Below, piece after piece: positions 37,209 to 48,977 of a DNA stretch of 64,000 nt. Source of the stretch: Rhizophagus irregularis (lineage: Eukaryota); assembly GCF_026210795.1 (NCBI RefSeq), contig NC_089432.1:5580001-5644000 (forward strand), given 5' to 3'. Made by a program: the position numbers and the translations under genes. The notes below the pieces were generated by a model. The model searched no databases and was not told the DNA's origin. It was given only the letters and a program-made list of their open reading frames with translations. The first letter of the stretch is position 1, and each line of letters opens with the position of its first letter.

Positions 37209-39316
37209 ATGCATAGCTTAAATATACGTAATTTATATGTTTTTTTGTTCGAATTTAAACCAATTCAACCAATACGACAGCATATACAATATCATTCACA
37301 AATTTTACATACTCGTCAATTTAATACAGCAAATTGTCGTGGTTATCCGACAAGTATCGAAACTAACAATAACGGCAGTAATGGTGTCGGAAATAGTTTT
37401 CATTCATATTATAAACAATATCAAAATACAAGAAATAAAAGTAATTCATCATTATCTTTTTATAATTCATTACCAAATAAAAATGCATTTATTCAAGCAT
37501 TAAGAAAACAGTTAAACGAAGATGTCAAGATAAAACCGAAAATTTGTAAAGAAAAAATCAAAATAAAATCTCAAATGGAAGTAGTGAAAGTAAGGTTTGT
37601 CAATATTTAATTAATTTAATCCGATTCTTTTGAAAATTGGAATAATTAAATTAAATTTTTTTTTAGGCAATTGGACTAATTAATGAAATGATAACAAAAG
37701 ATACAATAAATCAATTAACATCATCACATATTTTATCATTTTATATGAAATTTAATTCATTGTATTTTACCAAACCATTTTATTTGGATTTAATTTCTTA
37801 TTTGTTACGTCAGTGCTCTAAACATGACAGATTGGATTTGGTTAACGTTATTTTTGCTAGATTCGTTCATGATGTCGATATGAGTTCAAGAAAACATGTA
37901 CTTGTCGCTTTTGTTATTAAAGTATGGAATGTTATGGCTAAGATATATGCTGATAAGGGACAGCCCGAAGAAGTTATTAGCAGTAAGTTATAAAAGAAAT
38001 TACATTTTTCTTTTAAAAAAAACTAAATATTAAAAGAAAAAATCATTTTTTTAGTATATAAAGCGATGTCTCAATATGGTACATTTCCTAACGTGAAAAC
38101 TTACTCAACGTTGATAAAATCCGCAGCAAAGGCAAATGATCCATATAAATGTTTTGAATTTTTAGAGAAAATTATTTCAAGAGGCGAAAAAACAAATTCT
38201 GCTACACTAAATTTCCTTTTAAAAGCATGTCTTTCATCAAAAGACGCTAATATACAAGAGAACGCAGATATAATTATTGAATTAATGTCGCATTGGAAAA
38301 TTGGACCAAATGGAACAACATTTTTAATTTTATTACAACATTGCAAAAATCATGAACAATTAGAAGATATTTGGAATAAAACATTAAAATATAGATTATG
38401 TAAAAATAAAAGATTGCAAGAAGAAATTATAAAGATATGTTGTACAAAACTTTCTTTTAATAAATCTTTGACTTATGAGAATCAACATAATATGAAAAAT
38501 ATGAAGGATGGAATATCAAAATGCTTTGATTATTTTTTAAGATTTTATAGAATTTCTAGAGGAGAAATCCCATTAGAAATTTATAATACATTATTAAAGT
38601 ATTGTACAATGAAAGGAGATATTTTTAGGTCAATGAGAATATTAGAAATGATGTGGGAAAAAAATTTGGAACCAAAAAAATCATTATATAAAAATTTATT
38701 TGATTCAATACATGATAACACAATAAATAATAGAACATATACTTGGAGATTAATAGAAGGAATGTTTTTTAAACCAAAAACTATTAAATTACAAAAATCA
38801 TTATTAAGTTCAATGATTTTAACTTTAGGAAGATTACGTGATGTTCGTGGAATTATGGAATTTTATCAAGAACTTCTCAAATATAATACCAATTATCATG
38901 ATTCATTTATGAATAGAACAAATAACATTCCTATGGATATTAAATTATATAATATTTTTATGAAGGCTATATCGGAATGTAAATACGGACCATTAAGCTT
39001 CATGGAAATGATTAAATATACTCCAATTGGACTTCAACTAAATCATATTAGTGTTAAATACTTATTTTCCTCTATACAGACCAAAAAAGACATTAAATCG
39101 TTTGGATCAACATTATTTGAATTTGTTATTAAACAAGAAATAATTCTTAGTAAAGATGTATTAGAAGATATAATAAGAAATACTGTACGGAATATATCAG
39201 ATACGGTTGGTTATGGAGATATTATTATTAAACAATTGGTAAATGAAATAATTAGTGTGCAGGAGGGAAAGGATTTATTGGATTGTCTCAATATATTAGA
39301 GACGCCATTAAATTAG
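37209..39316 (+). CDS. Pentatricopeptide-repeat (PPR) protein, probably mitochondrial, 3 exons
   Basis: PPR-like units (VWNVMAKIYADKG, PNVKTYSTLIKSAAK, YNTLLKYCTMKGD, LYNIFMKAISEC); N-terminus poor in acidic residues, compatible with a presequence; introns near 37590-37666 and 37983-38054. Confidence 0.8.
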
Positions 39317-39354
39317 CAAAGGGACTAAATTACCAATTATAATTCTTAATTAAA

Positions 39355-40045
39355 CTAGCTACTTGCTGAAGTTTTTTGAATTTGATCTTGATAAGCTTTT
39401 TGAAGTTCAATAACCTATTATATGAAAAAATATATATGTGTGTGTGTATATATTAAATTAATAATTAATTTATTTACTTATTTGTTTGTTTTTACATACC
39501 TCCAATTTCTTTTTCTCTGATTTCTCGTTTAAATCTGTAAGTTGTTTTTCAACGCGTTGACTATTCAAATTACAAATCATAAAATTAAATAATAATAATT
39601 TAAAGACTTATAAAAGTAATTATGTATAATTTACACACATTTCTGATTTAATGTATTCTAATCGCTTATCAACATTCGTAGTAGCTTCGACTTTATCTTG
39701 TTTCACTAATACAGGCCCAATTAATTTATAAATATTCGCATCATCCTTTAACAATTTAAATTCCTAAGAGTAAATTAATTATAAAAGTCTAAATAGTTTA
39801 GTAAGAGTCCTGACTCAGTTAATCTTTTACCTACCATAAATAACTTACCTTTTGAACAACCTCATTTTCTTGTAATTGAGAATCTAAACGTTGCCTAGAC
39901 TCTATAGCATTTGACAAATCTGTTAAAATCAAAACTAGTATTAGCTCAAAGCGTGTATAATTTTAATAAAAATAATTTTCTTTCTCATTTGACCTTTCTG
40001 AATTTTTTGATATTCGCTAGTCAAAGCTTCCAATCGTGCTTCCAT
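39355..40045 (-). CDS. PFDN6: Prefoldin subunit 6 (Yke2/Gim1), 5 exons
   Basis: RQRLDSQLQENEVVQKEFKLLKDDANIYKLIGPVLVKQDKVEATTNVDKRLEYI is the prefoldin-6 signature. Confidence 0.95.
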
Positions 40046-40250
40046 TGTTGAAAAGTAAATCGTGTAAAAAGGTGAAATTTTTTCACTATCTATCCGCAGT
40101 TTTTGTGCCATGTGAATATGAAAGTCCCCTGCATATGTTTGTCAACTGTACCACTCACGTGCATATGCAGATACGTTGAAAAACTTTCGTGTATATATAG
40201 GTCTCTTCAGTCTTAAACTTTTTCTTACTCTTTACTTTTTAATTAACATA

Positions 40251-40843
40251 ATGGTATTTTCATTTCTTCATAATCTGTATTTTGCTTGGTTGATTTAGTA
40301 TAATCGATGTGTTTTACGTTTAATTTTAATTTTTTAGTCTGAAGTCGAAGTTGAAGAACACTTTAAACGACTTACAAATAATAAATACGTAGAAGGCGTA
40401 TTGATTGTTAATGGAGATGGACAAACTATTAAATCAAATTTAGATCCTACGTTGAATAAAAAATATTCGGATTTAATTACTAAACTTATAGAACAAGCAA
40501 CTTTTTGTGTTAAAGAAATGGATGAAACCGTGAGTTTTTCTTAACAATTTAAATAATTTGAAAGTTATATCCTGATTTAAAGTAACAAATTTTAATAATT
40601 AACTAATATTTAATTATATCTAGAACGATCTATCGTTCTTACGTGTTAGAACTAAAAAACACGAAATTATGATCGTACCAGGTAAAGAATTCAATTAATT
40701 CATTTTGATATTTATTAATTTTTTTTTTTAAAGAAAAATATACATATGTATTTTTATTTATTTATTTACCTTTATTAATTAAAGATAAGGAATACCTTCT
40801 TATTGTTATACAAAATCCTGAAAAGAAGCCAAATTTATTTTAG
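40251..40843 (+). CDS. DYNLRB: Dynein light chain roadblock/LC7, 4 coding exons (the first is ATG only)
   Basis: MSEVEVEEHFKRL...VEGVLIVNGDG...[31 protein letters not shown]; missing from the ORF track because of short exons. Confidence 0.93.
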
Positions 40844-41172
40844 TTTTTCTATAGTACATAGAAAGTTTTTTTTTGTTTATTGAAAATTTAATATATAGGG
40901 TTTTTTTTTTAATAAAATTATTATTATTATTTATACAACCAATCAAACTCTTGAAATATCTATTATGTCTAAATGCTAGTCACAAACAATCATGATCACA
41001 TGATATATAGTTTGTAATTTTGTAATTCAAATACCGCCGTAAAAAAAAAAAAAATCTCATTCCTTAAACTCGCCTTTTTTAATAATTACATCCTTTTTTT
41101 CTAATTTATTTTTCTTTTATAAGATTTATAAAATATACAAGGTTTATAGAAAACCTTAAACCATTAAGCAAT

Positions 41173-43634
41173 ATGTCATCATTATACGGTGACCTTCCAC
41201 CACCAACACATTCTTCACCAGGTGGTGGTACTGGAGAAAAAGAAGAAACTACCAAACAACAGTCCACGAACAATGCCACCACCACCACCACCAGTACTAC
41301 TACGTCGTCCACGTCTGTAACGGAAATAACTTCAGCTACATCAACTTCGAAACCGACTAAATCTGCTCTCCCAGGTACAAGCAGATTCTGGCAAACCCAA
41401 ATAAAATACCGCAACTTTATATTATAATAAATTAAATTTGGATCTTGTTCAGACTTTCACTTTATACTTGATAAATTTTAAGTAGTATGTTACAATAATA
41501 ATGATAATATCCCAAGTTTAAAAAAAATTCACTCACCTTTAAAATAACCTTTCGTCAAAACTTCCGAAACAAATAAAAACGCACCGTTTTACCATTTTAC
41601 TACCCGAAACTATCTTTATACAATATGTCGAAAATTCAAGCTGGTTGGACCCCTGGAACGTTGCGTTTTATGCCTACTATTCAAAGAAAACCTGTTGCAC
41701 AATCAAAACCTAGGCTTACCTCCCGAGTTACAATTTCCTCTCCTCCGGTTCCTGCTATTGCAACTACCAATCCATCGGTGTCGAACCCTACTACTTCAAG
41801 TTCTTCCGCTACTGCCCTCACTACCGCTACTATCAATTCTACTACTTCTAATGTTACAGCGAACCTATCGGTTTTGAATCAACAACAAACGAATACTACT
41901 ACCTTTTCGACTTCTGTTTCTGCCCATAATAATACGTCACCTACTCAGGCTTTGGCTTCTTCCATTGATAACCGGTTATCTATTGCTACGAATTCTACTA
42001 CTTCTCCTCCTAAACAAAATACTTTCTCGGAGGATGTTAATGATTTCAAATCTGTTTTGAACGTTCAAAGAAATCAGCGTGGTTTTGATAAAGTTAGTAT
42101 CTAATTTATAGTTTATTATTTTGGTATACTGTATTTCTTGTAATCATATTATTTTTTTCTCGTTTATAGAAAAAACAGTTAAATAAAGGTGGCAAAAAGC
42201 AAGCTCAGTTGTCTTTGGAAGATGACTATGACCCTACTCGACCTAATGATTATGAAGATTATAAAGAAATGGAAAAGAGGCGTAGAGATGATGAAATTTA
42301 TCGTCGTCAAGAAGAACGCAAAAGACAAAGATCTATGAGCCCTGAGCGCGATAGACGTTCCCCACGTCGTTAGTAAAATTTATGACTTGTTAATTTTATT
42401 CAGGATATTATAAATATTATAAACAAACAAAATCTTTCTTTTTCTTTGGATTATAGGTTATTTTCCACCACCATTATTGTATGAAGATTCACCACCGAGT
42501 GAAGCAGAGAATACTCCCCCTGTTTCTCATACTCCTCCCGTTGCTCGTTCTCCACCTGCTAAAATTGATTTAGATATGACCGGTGAAGAAGCCTTTTTAC
42601 GAAGAGCTCGATTGAGCAATCGTACTATTGAGGAAACTTCAAAGTAAATGAAAATGAAATAAATAAATATTGAAAGGTTTTTTTCTTGACCAAGCAATTA
42701 GAGTTTAATTTATGTTATTTTACTTTGTAGATCACCTGAGCAAAAATCCACATCTGGTGGATCTGGAGAGGATTTTGCTCATAGAATGATGGCTAAATAT
42801 GGCTGGCAAGAAGGTCAAGGTATTGTAAATTAAATTAAATAAATTTATATTATAAAAATTTCAAGTTTTTAATTATTCTAAAACCTTAAATAGGATTGGG
42901 TAAGAACGAACAAGGTATTAGTGAGCCACTATCAGTTCAAAAAACTGATATTAGATCAGGAATTATTGTCAATAACAATCCACCAAGTATTAAAAATCAT
43001 TTGTTAACATTAATATTATTTGTTATTATTGTTATCATTGTTATTATTCATTCTAAATTTAAAAATGTATTTCATAATATGTTTAGCTAAATCTGATAGT
43101 AAAGAAAATGAGATTGCTGCAAATAATCTTCCAAATACCGAACTACCCTCTAAAGTAATTCTACTAACAAATATGGTAATAGATGATGATAAATATCCGA
43201 TGTATATTTTATTTAAATTTTTATTAAATGTTATTATTATTATAGGTTGGACCTGGTGAAGTAGATGACACGCTTCAAGAAGAGACAGCTGATGAATGTA
43301 ATGAAAAATACGGGACAGTTGAAAGATGTCTCATTTATGAGGTAAAAAATATAAATTGTATTAACGTACTCTTTTTATAATTATTAAACATTTTCTTTTT
43401 ATTTGGTTATAGGTACCACACAGAAAATTACCGGATGATGAAGCGGTACGAATATTTGTAAAATTTGAAGATATTGTAGCAGCGATTAGAGCAAAAAAAG
43501 ATTTAAATGGTAGATTTTTTGGTGGTAGACAAGTTTCTGCTCAATTTTTTGATGAACAAAGATTTGATAGATTGGATTTAGCTCCATCTCAAGCGGAATT
43601 ACAAAGATCCAAACAAAAAGAAAATTTTAAATAA
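41173..43634 (+). CDS. SPF45: Splicing factor 45 (RBM17/DRT111-like): SF45 motif, G-patch, C-terminal UHM-type RRM
   Basis: MSSLYGDLPPP; DYDPTRPNDYEDY; MTGEEAFLRR; G-patch FAHRMMAKYGWQEGQGLGKNEQGI; SKVILLTNMVGPGEVDDTLQEETADEC...AVRIFVKF...LNGRFFGGR. Confidence 0.95.
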
Positions 43635-44167
43635 TGTGCGTTAATTTAAAATGATTTGCTGTATGTTATTATGTAAAGAATTATTGTATTGTTGATGTAA
43701 GAGAACAAAAAAAAAAGTTATTGAAATTAGAAATTAAATTTACTTAGCTTAATTTATAATCATTATTTATTTTTGTTAATATTTTTTTTTATTATTGATA
43801 ATGAATTTTTATGTTTTCAGGGGACTTAGTAATTTTTTATTATATATTAAAGGATTTGGCATTTATATTTATTCATATTATTATTCTCGACATACAGTAT
43901 TTTCTGTAAAATTGAGATAATTCACATTATATTACTATCTCTTTAATGAATATGTTGCAAGCGAATACTGAAAACTTTTATATGGTCAATGAAAAAGAAT
44001 AAATTTTTTACTTTTTTCAAAAAACTTTTTTTAATAAGTAAAATAAAAGCCTTTACATACTTTTTCCAATCATTAAAGAAAAATAAAATAAAGATAAAGA
44101 AAAAATAATATATAATAATGCATAAAACTTTTCTCTTTAATAAACATTTACTCCAATGAATTTAATT

Positions 44168-45537
44168 TTAATTCCAACCACTATTAGTATTGTCTGCAGG
44201 TTCGTCGGCCCAATTACCACTACCAGTAGTACTAGTAGTAAAATCCTCTCCACCAAATGTAGATTGTGGGGCAACAGGAGTTTCATCCCAACTACCAGTG
44301 GTAGTGGTAGTAGTTTCGGTAGGTTGGGGGGCAACAGGAGTTTCATCCCAGCTACCAGCAGTTCCAGCAGTTCCACCAGTTTGTGGAGCAACGGGAGTCT
44401 CATTCCAACCACCACCACTACTACTAGGATTAGTATCCCAGGTGCTAGTTGTAATTGTTGTAGTTGTTGTAGCTGTAGTTTCTTCACCCCAACCACCACC
44501 ACCACTAGGTTTGGTGGTAGTTTCACCTTCCCAAGTATTTGGTGCATCACCACTATCCCAACTACTACTAGGTTCTTCAACAGGAGTATCCCAACTAGTA
44601 GAATTAGTAGCAATTGCGGCTACGGCAGGATTTACACTACCGGGAGCAGGATTAGTAACTGAAGCATCCCATTCCGATGAAGGTTCATTATCCCAATTAC
44701 TAGTAGAGGGTTCAAAAGTATTAAATGACGGTTTTTCAGGGATAGCTTCTGCATCTTTTTCAGCCTCTTCAGGATCTCTGTAAAAGAACATATCAACCAT
44801 AACATCCCAAGGTGTTTCACGCGGAATGGTGGCTCGAAGTCTTAATACTTCTCTCGCTAACAACCAATAAATTAAACCAATAGAATGTTTTGCCTTATTA
44901 TTTGTTGGAATCGCTACATCAATATATCTTAACGGTGAATCAGTATCTGTTAATGCAATCACTGGAATATTAACATATGATGCTTCTTTAATGGCTTGAT
45001 GATCGGTTCTCGGATCTGTAACTATAATCAATCTTGGTTCTTTAAATGATCTTGTAATGTAATTGGTAAATGTACCAGGTGTGAACCTTCCTGCGATAGG
45101 TTGCGCTCCTGTATATGATGCGTACTTTAATACAGCTCTTTGACCATATGGACGTGCTGAAATTACTACTACGTCAGCCGGATTCTCAATAGCACAAATA
45201 ATACGGGCAGCAAAAATTAATTTTTCCCATGTTTTACCAATATTAATAATATGAACACCTAAATTAAAATTTAGTCGAATAAATATAAAATTCTTTTTTA
45301 TTTATTTAGCTTTAATATAATATACTTGCCGTCAGCACGACGTTTCCAAACGTAAGGAGTCATTTGAACGTTCAAGTTCTTTGCACCAAGATGGCAAGTT
45401 GCCGAAAGGAGAAGTTGAATATCCTCTTCCGTGGCTATTCAAATAAAAAAAATCATTTTATTTTTTCTTCTAATAAATACTAGTTTAAATATAGGAATTT
45501 TGCAAATACCATTCAAGATGGCAGGAAATTTAGACAT
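44168..45537 (-). CDS. RPS0: 40S ribosomal protein uS2 (S0/SA), 407 aa with long Trp-repeat acidic tail; exons 45537-45510, 45434-45330, 45258-44168
   Basis: [82 protein letters not shown]. Confidence 0.98.
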
Positions 45538-45655
45538 CGCTATTTTTTGCGTTCACGGGATAGTTTATTTTCGCTGATGTATCCGAAGAGAGGGAAATTT
45601 CTGATATCTGAGAACCTCATTTTTTAAATAATTTTTTTTTTTTTTGATCAATCTA

Positions 45656-45663
45656 TCACGTGA
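45656..45663. promoter_or_regulatory. TCACGTGA E-box upstream of RPS0
   Basis: ATCACGTGATTG about 120 bp upstream of the RPS0 ATG. Confidence 0.5.
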
Positions 45664-46367
45664 TTGATAATTGAATTTTTTTATATTATATACAGTTTAC
45701 AATTTATATATATTCATATCAAAATATCAAAAAAAGAAAGAAAAAATATTTATGAAAATAAAACTCTCTACTAAACTATACAAAATCCTGATTTTTATAA
45801 TGTTTAATTTGTAAAACTATTTAGAATCATAATTATGAAATTTAAATTCATGAAAGTTCTTTCATATTGATTCTATACGATTTAATAATTATTTCAAATA
45901 TAAATAATGAAAAAAAAAATGCTAATTTGTATTAAATAAACAGATAATAATTCAAAGTTGTCAGATATTTTTTTTAAAAACATTAACCAAACTGATAAAT
46001 TAAATTTTTCTCTTACCATGTTACAAAATTTTGAGATTCGGTTTGGTGATAATGTGCTAAAGTGCACGTAGTCACCGACGTTCAACTTGAAAATGTACTA
46101 GTCTTCTTATCAATAATAATATCAGCTAAAAAAGAACCTAAAATTAAAATCAAGTTAAAATTTTATTTTAAATTGTACTACAAAACCTTTAACATTGGAA
46201 GGAACTATTACCTAAATTTTATTCCATGCTGGATAGCCTGACTATCACATATTATTATATTCTTACAATATCTAGTAAATTATAGAAAAATTGTTAAATT
46301 TGCAGTAATTTTTAATGTAAAATTGGATTTCATAACTTATGCCATTCTTACTTTATAAAAAGCTATT

Positions 46368-48680
46368 TTACCAGTCATTTGATTTTGGTATCGGTCCCCA
46401 ATTATCAGTTTCACCATTATTTTGATTGGAATTAGAGTCCCATCCTACATCTGCATAAAAAAAAAAATTCAAAAAGAGTCTCACATAAAATAGTAATAAG
46501 GATCTTTTAATTCACCATTTTTCTTATCGGTGGAAGATTCACCCCAGCTTGGATTGTCTATAAATTAAATGATGATTAAAAATATTAAATATGATAACTC
46601 AATCGAGTCAAATAATAATTACAAACCGTTATTCCAGTTGTTATCTTTTTCTTGCTCCGTTTGCTCTGCCCAGCTGTTTCCGCTGCCAAATCCTTCCTCA
46701 ACATCAACAGATTTATTGTGAAAATCTTTATTGTTTTGCTGATCACTATATTTTCTTCCTCCCCCGCGTCTATCACCATACCCTCCACCACGATTACGTC
46801 TTCCACCGCGATCACCACCGCGATCACCACCTCCTCGTCCACGTCCACGACCGCCCCTTCCTCCATGTTCGTTACCATGAGGATTTCTTCTATAATTTCG
46901 ATTATCGTTTTGAGATCCATTCCTATTGGAATTCTCATCACGAGAACCATTCTTATATGGATTTCCTCCACCACGCGAATTGTTTCTTTGGTTACGTGAA
47001 TTATTCCATTCAGGTTCTTTTTTCTCCACATCCCATTCTCGGTCATCACGGTTCTTGTTTTTACGTGTGGCATTTTCTTCGCGTTCATCACTTTTGGGTT
47101 TAAACAATAACATTTTTAGATATTGAATTAAACCGAATAAAGAAACAAATATAAGCAAACATTATAATGCATACTCGATTTGTTGCTGCAAATGTCTTTG
47201 TTGAACTTCATGTCGTCGCTTTTCTTCTTCTTCTTCCTCCAATTTTCTCTTCTGAATCTCTAAATTTTCTGATTCCTTTTTCCTTCGTATTTCATCTTCC
47301 TTCTTGAATTGAGCTTCTTCTTCTTCGACCACCTTCGAATTGCGAAATTATTATCAAATAAATTTATTTATTAAAAAGAGGTAATAGTTTATTAATTTTA
47401 ATCTTTATAAAAATTACCTTACGCTTTTCCTCAATTTTTTTATTTTGCTCCTTCATTTTTTCAATGCGCTTGGATAATTCTTCTTCATTATATTTCTAAA
47501 AAAAATTTAAAATAATGAATAAAAATAAAAATAGAAATAAAAATTTATGTATAACTTACTTGACGAGTATTGCTACCGGACAAAACTCGATTTTCATTAA
47601 CATAAGGGACAGAATCAGATTTAGGTGCCGAATCAGAACCAGTTTTTAGAGCATTATCATGCCTGGTAGCAGTGTCAGATTTGGGAGCATGAATACTATC
47701 GTTAATGGTACTAGATTTTCTTGAGGACCTAGAATCATTGTCTTTTTCTTTTTTTTCATTCTCATTATACGATTCAGGGTCTAAAGAAATATATATTTTT
47801 TATTATCGATATTATCGATATAGAATTTTTATTTAAGATTTAAAATGAATAATGTACCTTCATTATTTTGATTTCTGCCACCTCCGCGTGACTTATGACT
47901 ATGACCTCTAGAATCATTATCTCCTCCATGATCACGTCTGTGATTATTATCACGTGGATATCTTCTATTGCTACGGCCTCCTCCTCTTGGTCTATTCCAG
48001 CGTCGTCCACCGCGCGTCCCACGATCACTGCGATCACGATGTTTACTATCGTCTCGTCTTTGTTGATGATGATTATGTTGAGTTTGTTGAGTTTGTTGAG
48101 TTTGTTGACTTTGCTGATTATGTTGATCATTAACCCATTCAGTTGTATTTCTGATAGTTTCATCAGACTCTTCAATATGATTCCATGTATCATTATTTTC
48201 CGTAGTAGTAGTGCCCCAATTATCATCTCCAGCATTTTTTTCATTTTTTTCTTCCCATCCACTGTTATCTGGTGGATTATCCCAACCTGTACCTTCTTCA
48301 GTACCCCAACCACTCGTATTTTCGTTAGCGACCGGATTGACATCGGTTGGGACATCATCCCAATTGTTATTATTAGTATTTGTATCACCATTATTATCCG
48401 GTGTAATACCCCAATTTTCTACTTTATTATAATCGGTTTCATAATTAGACGAATCATCCCAGCCGCCTGTATCCTTATTTGTGGGAGCAGCTCCCCAACC
48501 TTGTTCTTGAGTTGAAGAAGAGTTACCACCTCTCTTTTTGTGCGAGTTACTTTTTCTTCTATCGTCGTTCTTCAAACTTGAGGACGTATTAGCTTCCCAG
48601 CTATCTTTCGTAGCGTCAGCAAGCTCGTCAGTTTTTTCCACGGGCTGAACCCAATCGTCAGACTCAACAGCCGCAGACAT
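46368..48680 (-). CDS. Uncharacterised ~620 aa disordered protein with GW/WG repeats, two RGG regions and a central charged coiled coil, 7 exons
   Basis: Exons about 48680-47858, 47780-47560, 47495-47418, 47332-47175, 47090-46628, 46557-46516 and 46451-46368 join in frame via GT-AG introns; ends ...NWGPIPKSNDW*. Confidence 0.85.
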
Positions 48681-48977
48681 TAATAATCGCTAAAGAGTAA
48701 AAATATGTTATAATTTTAAGCGAATAAAAAGAAACTAAAAGTTTTTTTTTTTTTTTTTTACGGAAAAACTCCTATCGTACATATCTGAAATACAATTAAC
48801 ACGTGAATGAAAATAACAAAAAAATTGTGTAGTCACCTGAGATCTTTTTTAAATATTGTGTAACTTCTTTCGTGTCGTGAAGTTATTGGTTACATACGAT
48901 TATTATCATTTTTTGACTACGTGAAAAAAAAGAATGGAAGGAAAAGCCTTTGCGATTGTATTAAACAAGCATATATA

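Noticed and set aside
44137..44820. Several long alternative-frame and antisense ORFs over the RPS0 tail
   Set aside because: Shadows of a low-complexity Thr/Gly/Ser-rich coding region.
46076..46370. Possible extra exons after the GW gene, giving a junction-split TG|A followed by ~38 open codons (readthrough or selenocysteine idea)
   Set aside because: The unspliced frame ends naturally at NDW*; no SECIS recognised; at most 3' UTR introns.
46585..48515. Overlapping ORFs on both strands of the GW/RGG gene
   Set aside because: Shadow frames of repetitive coding sequence; no independent splice or domain evidence.
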